NCBI GenBank assembly: GCA_965198635.1
Contig: OZ240669.1
Coordinates: 781,917-845,916 of the forward strand
DNA length: 64,000 nucleotides
Reading direction: 5' to 3'
Source: Granulicella sp.
GTDB taxonomy: Bacteria > Acidobacteriota > Terriglobia > Terriglobales > Acidobacteriaceae
Under the pieces are notes generated by a model. It was given only the letters and a program-made list of their open reading frames with translations, was not told where the DNA came from and searched no databases. Of the stretch, positions 19,437-29,043 are shown in pieces. Both the position numbers and the translations under genes were made by a program. Numbering within the stretch: the stretch's first letter is position 1; every line of letters begins with the position of its first letter.

Positions 19437-20641
19437 TACTTTTCTGCCTCCCCTCGTTCACTAGATCCATCCTGCACCGTCGCCGGCACTATCGCCAGCT
19501 CCGCTTCGTCCACGACCATTTCCGGGCCAAAGCCGATCTCCTGAATCCAGCGGTTCCAGACCGGCACCGGCAGCGCTCCGCCGCTGGCCTGGTTATGGCC
19601 GAGCCCGTAGCTCATGTCGGCCTCCGGGGGCCGATGGCGGGCGAGAAACTCGATCAGGTTCACGCCCGCGGGGGCACGGCCGGAAAAAGTGACCCAGCCG
19701 GGACGGTATCCCGTATTCACGCCAAAGACCACGCTCTTTGGAAAGCGGCCGCGCCACTGCTGGGCGACCAGCGGATGCACCTGGCAGCCGGTGTGCATGC
19801 GGATCGCCACCAGATCGGCGCCCAACTCCTCGCGCACGGCTTTGGAAAAGCGCGGCGGCTGTTTGCGCGCAAGGGCCAATGCCTCACCGACCTCTGCCTT
19901 GGCGCGCTGCAACTCGGCCGTCTCCGGAAAGACACCGCTGAGGACCTCTTTCGGACCGTTGGCCTTCAGCAGCAGAGCAAGTGCCGCATCCGCGCGCCCC
20001 TCGGTGGTGCGCCGCGGGGCGTTCAGCAGACTCGTGGCATCGCGCAGGGCCCCGCCGCCGAAGATCTTCTTCGCCTGCGCGAGTTCGGCGAAGGGAGCCT
20101 TGTCGCCGAGATCGCTTTGGATGGAGATACCCGCAAGCCAGAGCCACTCGTTTGCCTTGTGCTCGCCCACAAGCGCCCGCGCGCACCACCAGCAGAGCAA
20201 GCCACTGGTAGCCACATCCTTGCCATCGCCATCTGGATCACCCGTGCCGTAGGCCGTGATCAAGGTGGAGCCCTCCGGCTGCCCGACGGGGCGGTGGTGA
20301 TCGATCAGCAGCAGCGGCAGGGGTTCACCCCCAGCCCCGCGCAGGATCACGCCCTCGCGGCTGCCAAGATCGGTCACGATCAGTGCATCCAGACCGTGCG
20401 AGGCCTGCCGTTCGAGCAAACGTGCGCCGATTTCCTCACCCCAGGCGGACTCGCCTTTACGCCGGCACTCACCACCGACGTCGGTATAGCCTGCTTCGCG
20501 CAGGGATTGCAGCAACAGCGCGCCGGCAGGCAGGCCGTCGCCGTCGAAGTCGCAGACCACGTACAGGCGCGAGTCCTTGGCCATCGGCAGGCTGCTAAGC
20601 CAATGCAGAAATCGCCGCCCGGTCTCCTGCTCGAAACTCAT
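19436..20641 (-). CDS. DHH-family phosphoesterase, compact RecJ-like
   Basis: ATG 20641 (MSFEQETG) within ORF 19436..21067. DHH motifs VVCDFDGDG, LIVTDLG, LLLIDHH, and a GH..ASGG DHHA1-like motif. Its stop TAA overlaps the uvdE ATG (TAATG). Confidence 0.8.
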   Translation of the reverse strand: MSFEQETGRRFLHWLSSLPMAKDSRLYVVCDFDGDGLPAGALLLQSLREAGYTDVGGECRRKGESAWGEEIGARLLERQASHGLDALIVTDLGSREGVILRGAGGEPLPLLLIDHHRPVGQPEGSTLITAYGTGDPDGDGKDVATSGLLCWWCARALVGEHKANEWLWLAGISIQSDLGDKAPFAELAQAKKIFGGGALRDATSLLNAPRRTTEGRADAALALLLKANGPKEVLSGVFPETAELQRAKAEVGEALALARKQPPRFSKAVREELGADLVAIRMHTGCQVHPLVAQQWRGRFPKSVVFGVNTGYRPGWVTFSGRAPAGVNLIEFLARHRPPEADMSYGLGHNQASGGALPVPVWNRWIQEIGFGPEMVVDEAELAIVPATVQDGSSERGEAEK

Positions 20642-20811
20642 CCCGACCTCACCCTCCAACATGGATGCAGACGAGGCGGGAGAGGAGAGCACCTTGCGGG
20701 GCTGCTCTGCCGCTAAACGTGCAAAAAAAGAGTTCGCGCAAACGCACGTATACCTGCCGACCCCGCAACCGCCACCCTGCCGCGGCGCATCGGATGGCCT
20801 GGAGAGTACGC

Positions 20812-22410
20812 ATGCCGGAACAACCCGCCCTGAAGCTCGCAGATCTGCCCATTGGAACGAAGAAGACGGTAACTCTGGAAGATACGAAGATCCTGATCGT
20901 GCGGACCGAAGATCTAGGCCCAGGACAGCCCGCGCTGTTCGCGCTGGAGGCGGAGTGCCCGCATGCGAAGGCGCCGCTGGAGAAGGGCGCCGTCTGCAAT
21001 GGCCGGCTGGTGTGCCCGTTCCACGCCGGTACGTTCGAGTTGGCGACCGGCGCGCTTCTGGAACCACCGCCGTTGCGCGATTTAAAGCGCTACCCCGTGC
21101 GGCTGAGCGGCGAGGACATTCTCGTGGACCCGACGCCCATCCCGGCGTCCAAGCCTGCGCCCACAGGAGAGGGCAAGCACCTCGTCTTCGCCGGCGGCGG
21201 GGCGGCCACGGCGGCCGCTTTGGCCTATTTGCGCGATGCGAGCTTTGCCGGAACGGTCACGGTACTTGACCCTGTAATGGATGAGCCGATCGATCGCACG
21301 CAGCTGACCAAGGCCGCGCTGACCGGCAAGACGCCCCTGGCGAAGCTGCCGATCTTTGCGCCCCCGGGGCAGACCGCGGAAGGCCGGGAGTCCCTTGACG
21401 CGCTGAAGCTACAGCGCATCAAGGCGCATCTCACCACCGTCAATCCCGACGCCGGGACGTTTACAGCCGGTGACCGCACGGAAGCGTTCGATGCCCTGAT
21501 GCTGGCGACCGGCGGCGTTCCAAAGCGCCTGCAGGTCCCCGGCGCCGACCTGCCGCATGTGTTCACCATTCGCCACAGCGAAGATCTTCAGCGTATGGCG
21601 TCGCTGCTCGGCGGCGAGGGTGAAGGCAAGGGCAAGCATGCGGTACTCATCGGCGACAGCTTCATTGCCTTTGAGGCGGCCTCTGCCCTGAAACAGCGCG
21701 GGCTGGAGGTTACAGTCCTTTCCCAAAGCGAACTTCCGTTTGCCAACAAGTTCGGCCCCGTGGTGGCGCAGGCACTGCTCGGCCTGCACAAAACCAAGGG
21801 CGTGACCATCCTGGCCAACACGGAGGCTGCCGCCATCACCGAAAAGGATGTAGAGCTGAAGGATGCCCACGGCGCCTCACGCGGGGACCGACTGCCGGCC
21901 GATGTGGTCATTACGGCGATCGGCGTGGAGCCGGTCGTGGACTATGCAGATGCAGCGTCCGGAATAAAGCGAGCCGAGAAGGGCGGACTCGCGGTGGGCC
22001 GTGACCTACGCGTAGCAGCTGGAGTCTGGGCCGCGGGCGACATTGCCGCGATGGACGGAACGCGGATCGAACATTGGCGGCTTGCCGAACAACATGGCCG
22101 CACCGTCGCTGCCGCGATGCTGGCGTCGCTTGCAAACGGTGCGGAACCGGAGCCGTTCGCCGGCGTTCCCCTGTTCTGGACCACACACTTCGGCAAGCGT
22201 TTCAACTACGCAGGCCATGCCGAATCATGGGACCGCATCGAGTACGTCGGTGATCCCATGCAGCTGGACTTCATGGCCTTCTATGTCAAAGATAACGAAG
22301 TCGCCGCAGTCCTGGAGTGCGGTCGCGACACAGCCTTGGCCGGTCTGATGGGGCCACTGCGCCAGCCGCTTTCCCTGGAGGAAGCCAAGCGCCTTACGAG
22401 CGCGGCGTAG
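20812..22410 (+). CDS. Rieske [2Fe-2S] domain fused to FAD/NAD(P)-dependent pyridine nucleotide-disulfide oxidoreductase (AIF-like)
   Basis: ATG 20812 within ORF 20665..22410. Rieske ligands CPHAKAP...CPFH, dinucleotide fold LVFAGGGAATAAA and a second VLIGDSFIAFEAA. Alternative start at 20794. Confidence 0.85.
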   Translation: MPEQPALKLADLPIGTKKTVTLEDTKILIVRTEDLGPGQPALFALEAECPHAKAPLEKGAVCNGRLVCPFHAGTFELATGALLEPPPLRDLKRYPVRLSGEDILVDPTPIPASKPAPTGEGKHLVFAGGGAATAAALAYLRDASFAGTVTVLDPVMDEPIDRTQLTKAALTGKTPLAKLPIFAPPGQTAEGRESLDALKLQRIKAHLTTVNPDAGTFTAGDRTEAFDALMLATGGVPKRLQVPGADLPHVFTIRHSEDLQRMASLLGGEGEGKGKHAVLIGDSFIAFEAASALKQRGLEVTVLSQSELPFANKFGPVVAQALLGLHKTKGVTILANTEAAAITEKDVELKDAHGASRGDRLPADVVITAIGVEPVVDYADAASGIKRAEKGGLAVGRDLRVAAGVWAAGDIAAMDGTRIEHWRLAEQHGRTVAAAMLASLANGAEPEPFAGVPLFWTTHFGKRFNYAGHAESWDRIEYVGDPMQLDFMAFYVKDNEVAAVLECGRDTALAGLMGPLRQPLSLEEAKRLTSAA

Positions 22411-22437
22411 GCTTCTGCCGAGATGTCGAAAGATCAC

Positions 22438-22471
22438 GCTCCTGGTGCCAGGCAGGCCGGCACCAAGGAGC
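22438..22471. terminator. hairpin between convergent genes (possible terminator)
   Basis: GCTCCTGGTGCC-loop-GGCACCAAGGAGC, a 12-bp stem with one bulge. No clear T-run. Confidence 0.3.
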
Positions 22472-22526
22472 GTAATGGCTTCCGTCCTCACGGATTACAG
22501 AGACGGATTACAGAAGGTGCTGACCT

Positions 22527-23102
22527 TTAAGCCGCCGGTTCGCTCTCGAAATACAGATATTTGCGCCAGTTCGCATCCGCTGAGCCGATCATGCGCATGA
22601 TGTGCCGCGAGGTGTGCAGGGTGAACGGCCGTGGCTCGCGGAGCAGCCGCATGTCCTGCAGCTCCTGGAGCAAGTGATTGCCCTTGTGGCGATTACAGCT
22701 CTTGCAGCACGCCACCAGATTCTCCCAGGTGGACTGCCCACCGCGCGAACGCGGCAGCACGTGATCCAGCGTCAGCTCGGCCGCCGGCAGCACGACCTGG
22801 CAGTACTGGCAGGTGTTGCGGTCGCGCAGAAGAATGTTTTTGCGGCTGAGCGCGCGCGTCTGGTGCGGAATCCGGCGGTACTCCAGCAATCGGATCACGG
22901 AGGGCATCTGCATGCTGGCACGGTGCGAACGCAGCGTGGTGCCCTGCTCCTCTTCTGTACGCGCTATCCCTTTCAGCACCAGCACCAGGGCGCGCCGCGC
23001 GCCGCAGATGTTGATGGGTTCATAGCTTGCGTTGAGCACCAGTACCGGGGTTTGCATGGCCGGCTGTCGAAAGACGCCGGCACGAATTTCAATGGCTTCC
23101 AT
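22527..23102 (-). CDS. HNH endonuclease
   Basis: HNH motif LDHVLPRSRGGQSTWENLVACCKSCNRHK. Start uncertain: M31 of the track ORF (23102, MEAIEIR) or M46 (23057, MQTPVLVLNASYEP), the latter resembling homolog N-termini as I recall them. Confidence 0.8.
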   Translation of the reverse strand: MEAIEIRAGVFRQPAMQTPVLVLNASYEPINICGARRALVLVLKGIARTEEEQGTTLRSHRASMQMPSVIRLLEYRRIPHQTRALSRKNILLRDRNTCQYCQVVLPAAELTLDHVLPRSRGGQSTWENLVACCKSCNRHKGNHLLQELQDMRLLREPRPFTLHTSRHIMRMIGSADANWRKYLYFESEPAA

Positions 23103-23266
23103 CCGCGCCGTCCCCGGCACCGGATGTGTCGTGTGGTGGACTTTGCCGCCCCTGTTCGCTCTCGCCTGCCCTCGCGCTTGCCCAGCCTGCATGCCGCCTC
23201 CAACCTCTGTTGTTGCCGCCTAGCTTGTTGCCGCCCTAGCCTGTTGCCTTCTGCAAATTTCCGTCT

Positions 23267-24256
23267 CTACAAATCAGTCGGATGCCCCGCATTGATCACG
23301 GATGCCGAGCTAAAACCGACGACACCTGCAGCATCCCAACGCGCGGTATCCTGCGCGGTGGCCAGCATGCTCTCCGGCCGTGCCCGCGCCACCGTGGCCA
23401 CCCACACCGCGGCCACCCCTGCTTTTAGCAAAACCTTTGCACATTGGTTGGCTGTGGCCCCTGTCGTCAGGATGTCGTCGACCAGCAACACATTCCGACC
23501 GCGCAGGTTCCCCGCTTCACCCGCTTCGAACGCACCCACCAGGTTGCGACGGCGCTGATCGGGCCGCAGCTGAAACATCGCCTTCGTATCACGCACACGC
23601 CGCAGCGCCTCCGGTTGAAGCTCCAGCCGCCATCCAGGACGCAACTTGCGCAGCCGGCGCACGGCCGAACGCGCCAGCAGCTCCGCCTGATTGTAGCCGC
23701 GCTCCCTCTGCCGCTCCCCAAAGAGCGGCACGGGCACAACGAGCAGGCCTTCGCTTGTCTCGGCCTCCAGGGACAGGATGGCCTCGGCGAGCCATTGGCT
23801 CAGCACACCCTCCGCGATACGTCGTACCCCACCGAACTTGAGGGCGTGCAGCATCTCGCGCATTTCATTGTCATAGGAGGCAAAGGCCACGGCGCGGGCA
23901 AAGGCCGGCGGATTCATGCGGCAGGATGTGCATTCTCCCATACCCATCGCGGCGGCGAAGCGGGCCGATTCCATGCCTAGGGCGTCGCCGCAACGGCTGC
24001 AAAGCTGGTCGGCGGCTTGCGACCGGGCGCATACCAGCTCGGCACAGGCATCACAGACGCGGACCGGGCTCAACCCGAGCATGGGCCCGCCACAGATCCG
24101 GCAGTCAGAAGGCAGAACGGCATGAAGCAGGTCAGCTACAAGGGTTCGGAGCGCAAACGAACCGAAGAACCGGGGGCGCAGTGCAGGGCCGAGGGCCTGA
24201 GGCCCTCCGTTTCCGAGCCGGAATTGCCTTCTGCCCTCGCTGAAGACGCACCTCAC
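23267..24256 (-). CDS. comF: ComF-family phosphoribosyltransferase-domain protein
   Basis: N-terminal Cys cluster (CRICGG...CDAC...CSRCG). C-terminal PRT motif NVLLVDDILTTGAT. GTG start at 24256 is uncertain. Confidence 0.8.
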   Translation of the reverse strand: MRCVFSEGRRQFRLGNGGPQALGPALRPRFFGSFALRTLVADLLHAVLPSDCRICGGPMLGLSPVRVCDACAELVCARSQAADQLCSRCGDALGMESARFAAAMGMGECTSCRMNPPAFARAVAFASYDNEMREMLHALKFGGVRRIAEGVLSQWLAEAILSLEAETSEGLLVVPVPLFGERQRERGYNQAELLARSAVRRLRKLRPGWRLELQPEALRRVRDTKAMFQLRPDQRRRNLVGAFEAGEAGNLRGRNVLLVDDILTTGATANQCAKVLLKAGVAAVWVATVARARPESMLATAQDTARWDAAGVVGFSSASVINAGHPTDL

Positions 24257-24396
24257 TCGCTCTCAGCAGTCGCAAAACTCAGTCGAGTTCGCATTCGTGC
24301 CGAATGCCCGCAGTATAGCCGGGACTTTTGCATGAGGCAATCGTGTCGGCTTGCCGTCGATCTCCGAGTGCTCCCAAACGCGCTATTGTTAGACAG

Positions 24397-25374
24397 ATGC
24401 CAGTTGTTGCCTCATCCCCGGCCGCCGTCAGACGTGCCCGCGTGAGGCCACGGTTACGGGCTGGTTCTCTGCTGGCCGACTACGTCGCACTCGCCAAACC
24501 GCGAGTCTCGGCGATGGTGCTGCTGACGGCGGCGGGTGGCTTCTATCTGGGTTCGCTGGCCTCGGGCACCAGTCCGTTCCACATGGGTCTGGTGCGGGCT
24601 CTCGTGGGTATCGGCCTGGTGACCGCCGGATCTTCCGTGCTGAACCAGGCGCTGGAGCGCAAGACCGATCTCCGTATGCCGCGGACGGCCTCCCGCCCCA
24701 TGGCCCTGGGCCGCGTCGGCCTGACGCACGGCCTTTTATTGGGTTTTGCCCTGATTACTGGCGGGGCGCTTTACCTGTCGTTGACCACCAACCTTCTCAC
24801 CGGCATCCTGACGCTGCTCACGGCGGTCGCCTATGTGGCCATCTATACACCGCTGAAGCGCATCACCACGCTGAACACCTTTATCGGTGCCTTCCCCGGT
24901 GCCCTGCCGCCACTGTTGGGCTGGACGGCTGCCCGCGGCGTTATCGAGTGGCCCGCGGTGGCGCTGTTTGCCATCCTGTTCGTCTGGCAGTTTCCGCACT
25001 TCATGGCCATCGGCTGGTTGTACCGCGCCGACTACGCCCAGGCGGGTATCCGGCTGACCGCGACCGGCAGCGATGCCCGGCATGCCGCGCGTTTCACGGC
25101 CCTGCAGGCCCTGTTCTATGCCGTTTTGATGGTTCCGGTCAGCCTCTGGCCCACATGGCTGCACCTGACGGGCCGGCCGTACGCCGCCGTCGCGCTTATC
25201 CTTGACGCCTACTATTTGTGGGCCACAATTCGATTCGCACGCATCGCCCGGCAGCCCTCGGCGCAGGAAGGCCGGGTTCTTGCCCGCACGCTGCTGAAGG
25301 TCTCAGTGATTTACCTGCCGCTGCTGCTGATCGCCATGGTCTTGAATGCACAGGGACGGTTGCTGCTTCGTTAG
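24397..25374 (+). CDS. ctaB: protoheme IX farnesyltransferase (heme O synthase)
   Basis: UbiA-family motif NQALERKTDLRMPRTASRP and multiple TM spans. ATG 24397 (MPVVASS) preferred over the TTG at 24328. Confidence 0.9.
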   Translation: MPVVASSPAAVRRARVRPRLRAGSLLADYVALAKPRVSAMVLLTAAGGFYLGSLASGTSPFHMGLVRALVGIGLVTAGSSVLNQALERKTDLRMPRTASRPMALGRVGLTHGLLLGFALITGGALYLSLTTNLLTGILTLLTAVAYVAIYTPLKRITTLNTFIGAFPGALPPLLGWTAARGVIEWPAVALFAILFVWQFPHFMAIGWLYRADYAQAGIRLTATGSDARHAARFTALQALFYAVLMVPVSLWPTWLHLTGRPYAAVALILDAYYLWATIRFARIARQPSAQEGRVLARTLLKVSVIYLPLLLIAMVLNAQGRLLLR

Positions 25375-25486
25375 CTCAGGTTTTGAAGCAGCTGAGCGAT
25401 TCTGTCGAGTGCTCGAACGAAATCTGCCCGTCTTCCGCTAAGACCAAACGCCGTAGACACAGGCGCACTAAACTGGACATAGCACC

Positions 25487-26047
25487 ATGCCGACGATCGC
25501 CGTTCCAAATCCGAACTACCGCACACCCCCCTCGGTCATCTGGGGCATCGTGGGGATCTCCGCCGTGGCTTCGCTGTTTCTTGCCTGGCTGGTCTACTAC
25601 CATCCCCCGACCGACGTCGCCGGCACGCACCTGGCCTTTCTGCCGGCCCTGAACGCCCTGCTGAACGCCGTCTGCACGGTGTTTCTGGTGATCGGTTTCT
25701 GGCACATCCGCCATCGTGAGATCACCAAGCACCGCAATAGCATGTTCGGCGCATTTGTGGTCTCCTCGGTCTTTCTGGTGGCCTACATCGCCAACCACGT
25801 GCTCCACGGCGACATGCTCTTCCCGAAAAGCCATCCCCTTGCCCGCGACATCTATCTCTGGGTGCTGTTGACGCCCCACATTCTGCTGGCCGTTATCGCA
25901 CTGCCGCTGATTTTGATCACGTTCTTCCTGAGCCTGAGTGGCCGTTTCCCAGCCCACAAGAAGTTGGCTCGTTGGACCTTTCCCATCTGGCTGTATGTGT
26001 CGGTTTCGGGCGTTGTCGTCTATGCCATGCTGGCGGCCTACCGCTGA
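25487..26047 (+). CDS. DUF420-family membrane protein (cytochrome oxidase-associated)
   Basis: ATG start, 4 TM spans. Conserved HRxxM...H and HKKLARWTFPIWLYVSVSGVVVY segment typical of DUF420 as I recall it. Lies directly downstream of ctaB. Confidence 0.75.
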   Translation: MPTIAVPNPNYRTPPSVIWGIVGISAVASLFLAWLVYYHPPTDVAGTHLAFLPALNALLNAVCTVFLVIGFWHIRHREITKHRNSMFGAFVVSSVFLVAYIANHVLHGDMLFPKSHPLARDIYLWVLLTPHILLAVIALPLILITFFLSLSGRFPAHKKLARWTFPIWLYVSVSGVVVYAMLAAYR

Positions 26048-26106
26048 GCCAGGCCCTTCGTCCGGCTCCGCACTCTTCCCGGCGTCCGGTCGGACATCGC
26101 CCTGCC

Positions 26107-26331
26107 ATGCATGGGGACACGCGCAAGCTGCTGATCGTAGGCACCTGGATCTTCAGCTTCGGTGTGCTGTGCATCGTTCTGCTGTTTGCGGTTCTGGGAG
26201 GATCCGGTCACCAGGGACCGCACACCAATGGCGGCTGGCTGGCCCTGATCCTGGCGCTCGGCTGCCTGCCGACAGGCATTCTGACGCTCGGGCTGGGCAT
26301 CGCCAAGCTGATCGGCGATAAGAGCCGCTAA
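26107..26331 (+). CDS. small two-TM membrane protein (74 aa)
   Basis: ATG 26107 within ORF 25972..26331 (MHGDTRKLLIVGTWIFSFGVLCIVLLFAVLGG...WLALILALGCLPTGILTLGLGIAKLIG). Confidence 0.45.
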   Translation: MHGDTRKLLIVGTWIFSFGVLCIVLLFAVLGGSGHQGPHTNGGWLALILALGCLPTGILTLGLGIAKLIGDKSR

Positions 26332-26375
26332 CCCATTTGGCCCTTGCGGTAGCTGGCGTGCTACCCTCTCCCGCA

Positions 26376-27830
26376 ATGGCGCCTCTATCTTGGCGAATCA
26401 AAGCTCACGCATTCCGTCCCACGCAGACAGGCCTGCTCTGGCTGGCGCTTACAACCTTCGCCGTGGGGCAAAGTTCCCCTCCCGTTTCCTCTTCTGGGCA
26501 GGAACCGGGAGCGCCCACCGCGGGTGACCTCTCCCCGGCAGCCGCCTTGGAGACGGCCATGCATCCATTCAACGTGACGCGGCACAACGTGGCGAACTGG
26601 TCTGAGATCGAGCTCGCGGCCATGCGGGTGGCGATTGCGCAGGGCCGCGATGCCTGCCTGGCGCGCCCGGCGGAGACGTATAGCGGGGCGGTGCTGCTCG
26701 ACCTGGCGCACCTGTGTGCCCTGGGCCAGCAATGGGGTCCGGTGGCCACGGCGGCAGGACGGTACCTAAGCGAGAAGACCGAGCCCAAACCCCTGCTTCC
26801 CGATGCCTACGTCACGCGTATTGATGCCGAACTGCATCTCCGCGATGAACCCGCGGCGCTGGCCGACGCCCTCGCCATGCTGACCGCCGTACCCTACACG
26901 CCGGACGTCGCGGATTCAATCGATGAGGCCCTGGACTACCTGCGCTTTGTCTATACCGGGGACGCCCTGCGGCTTGCGGCGGCGCGGCAGCCGCTGCTGA
27001 TCCAGGCTCTGCGGAAGGCTTCCGGGAGCGCGGCTCAACTTACGGCCGGAGTTGCCGCCGTGCAGCCGGCGGCGGTCGGCGAATCGCATCCGGGTGACCC
27101 TCTGCCGCCCACAGTTCCCGTGCACCGGCTCTTCGCAGAGGGTCTGCAGTTGGCGGCCTTGCAACAGCTCGCTGCACAGCCGGAGGCCGCGGCCGGAACT
27201 GCAAAGCAAATCAAAGCAGAACTGCCCTCGGCGCTGCCGCCCGACGAAGCGCTGCGTATTGCGGCGGCCCTGCGTGCCTATGCCCTGCTGGGCCAGCCCT
27301 TGCCGGCGTTGAAGCCGCGGGCCTGGCTGCAGCAGGCAGGCCACAAACCGCCTCCGCTGCCGGCGTTGCGGACCATTACCGGACTGCTGGTGTTCCCGGA
27401 TTCCTGTGCCGAATGCCGCCGTCTGGGTGGGCAGCTGCCTGAAACCGTCTTTGCGGTGGAGGGCCACAGCGCCTACGTCTACGGCCTGCTGCTTGAAACC
27501 GTTCCGCCTCGCCTACCTCCGAAAAACGTCAACGGTGCCGCTGAAGTCGCCTTTGCTCCGGCTTTTGCCGCTGCCGCACTCGCCGGCACAGCCACGGTCG
27601 CCGTCGAGGCAAACACGTTGCAGGAGCTCGCTTCTGACGACTACCCCTTGCTCCTGCTGACGGACGCCCGCGGCATCGTCAGGGTCGTCCAGCCGGTGAG
27701 CATCGAGGCGCTGGGAGACGGCGGAGCGGTTTACTCCGCCATTCACCGGGTCGGAGAAAACTTCCCCCTGACCGCGCCGTCCCCGTCTTCCCAAAAACAG
27801 GCTCACGTGTCGGCCCCTCACGGCTCATAG
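26376..27830 (+). CDS. exported hypothetical protein with C-terminal thioredoxin-like CxxC (CAEC) segment
   Basis: ATG 26376 within ORF 26337..27830. Hydrophobic N-terminus LLWLALTTFAVGQ. C-terminal LLVFPDSCAECRRLG...LLLLTDARGIVRVV resembles a TlpA/redoxin fold. Tentative. Confidence 0.55.
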   Translation: MAPLSWRIKAHAFRPTQTGLLWLALTTFAVGQSSPPVSSSGQEPGAPTAGDLSPAAALETAMHPFNVTRHNVANWSEIELAAMRVAIAQGRDACLARPAETYSGAVLLDLAHLCALGQQWGPVATAAGRYLSEKTEPKPLLPDAYVTRIDAELHLRDEPAALADALAMLTAVPYTPDVADSIDEALDYLRFVYTGDALRLAAARQPLLIQALRKASGSAAQLTAGVAAVQPAAVGESHPGDPLPPTVPVHRLFAEGLQLAALQQLAAQPEAAAGTAKQIKAELPSALPPDEALRIAAALRAYALLGQPLPALKPRAWLQQAGHKPPPLPALRTITGLLVFPDSCAECRRLGGQLPETVFAVEGHSAYVYGLLLETVPPRLPPKNVNGAAEVAFAPAFAAAALAGTATVAVEANTLQELASDDYPLLLLTDARGIVRVVQPVSIEALGDGGAVYSAIHRVGENFPLTAPSPSSQKQAHVSAPHGS

Positions 27831-27885
27831 AGCAGGGACGAAAAACGCCCTCGCTCTGCTATTCTTCCCCCTGACGGAGCACATC

Positions 27886-28431
27886 ATGGCCAAAGGCGTT
27901 AACAAAGTTCTTCTTCTCGGCAACGTAGGCAAGGATCCGGAGATTCGCGCCTCGCAAGGTGGCATGGCCATCGCCAGCTTTACCCTGGCGACGGCCGACC
28001 GCCAAAAAGATCAGACCGGCCAATGGACGGACAAGACCGAATGGCACAACCTGGTCGCCTTCGGCCGGACTGCCGAGATTGTGCGTGATTACGTGAAGAA
28101 GGGAACGCAAATCTTTGTCGAAGGTAAGATCCAGACGCGCTCCTGGGACGACAAAGAGTCCGGCCAGAAGAAGTACCGGACGGAGATCCTGGTGAACGAC
28201 ATGAGCCTGCTGGGTGGACGCGGCGACAGCGCGGGAGCCGGTGCCGCGGTCGGCGCCGGCTCTTCCGAACGTGCCGGTGGTTATGGCGGCAGTGGCAGCC
28301 AGGGCGGCGGCTATGGCTCGAGCGGCAACTACGCCGGGGCGCGGGCCAGCACCGGATCCGGCAGCAGCTATTCACAGCCGGCAAATGATTACGCCGATCA
28401 GGGCATCACGGACGAAGACATTCCTTTTTAG
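27886..28431 (+). CDS. ssb: single-stranded DNA-binding protein
   Basis: OB-fold N-terminus (MAKGVNKVLLLGNVGKDPEIR...WHNLVAFGRTAEIV), Gly-rich linker, acidic tip DEDIPF. Confidence 0.95.
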   Translation: MAKGVNKVLLLGNVGKDPEIRASQGGMAIASFTLATADRQKDQTGQWTDKTEWHNLVAFGRTAEIVRDYVKKGTQIFVEGKIQTRSWDDKESGQKKYRTEILVNDMSLLGGRGDSAGAGAAVGAGSSERAGGYGGSGSQGGGYGSSGNYAGARASTGSGSSYSQPANDYADQGITDEDIPF

Positions 28432-28530
28432 CCCTTCCCGCAGCACCAAACGCCGATTCCGTGCGGGAACGGCCAGGAAATAAGCCTCTGTATTCAGACA
28501 TTCAGCCTGGCACTGCTTTGAGGATCGATC

Positions 28531-28569
28531 CTCACCTGGGTGCAGGCACACCGCCGCCACCCAGGTGAG
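28531..28569. terminator. perfect 12-bp hairpin between convergent ssb and the 76-aa ORF
   Basis: CTCACCTGGGTG-15 nt loop-CACCCAGGTGAG. No strong T-run on either side. Confidence 0.4.
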
Positions 28570-28615
28570 TTACTCCTTAGGCCGACTCCTCAAGGCGCAG
28601 CGCCGAGAGTCATGA

Positions 28616-28846
28616 TCAGGACTTGAGACTGCCAGCTTCCACCGAGACCATGCCAATGCCTTCGGCAAAGGCCGTGACTGTGGAGTTTTCTGCCGGACGA
28701 GCGCTTTGGTTCTCGATCCAGACGACGCGGCCGGTGGTGAGAATGCCCGAGCCCGCCTGCGGTCCCTTGGTGAAGAGATCGTTTACCTGGTAGTGCGTAT
28801 CGTGCAAAATCGTGCGCTGTTCGCGATATTCCATCGGCTTTGTCAT
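28616..28846 (-). CDS. hypothetical protein (76 aa)
   Basis: Listed ORF with ATG start and a non-repetitive, balanced composition. No family recognised. Confidence 0.45.
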   Translation of the reverse strand: MTKPMEYREQRTILHDTHYQVNDLFTKGPQAGSGILTTGRVVWIENQSARPAENSTVTAFAEGIGMVSVEAGSLKS

Positions 28847-29043
28847 GTACTGTCCCTCGCTGCTAGGAGCATGACGCAGGCGAGCCGATCGGTGAATATC
28901 ACGATCTGGTGAGGCCTCCCCCGAAAGCGACCTGTTTTGGGTCAGTTTTGGTGGCGGTGCCCATTTCGGGCTAAACGGTCGCGTCCGGAGGCAAATTCCG
29001 GGTTTCGGTTGTATGCGGGGCGAAAGCTGCGTAGCGTGGTTCT

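Noticed and set aside
19283-20716. 477-aa plus-strand ORF
   Set aside because: It is antisense to uvdE and the DHH gene, both of which have strong motif support.
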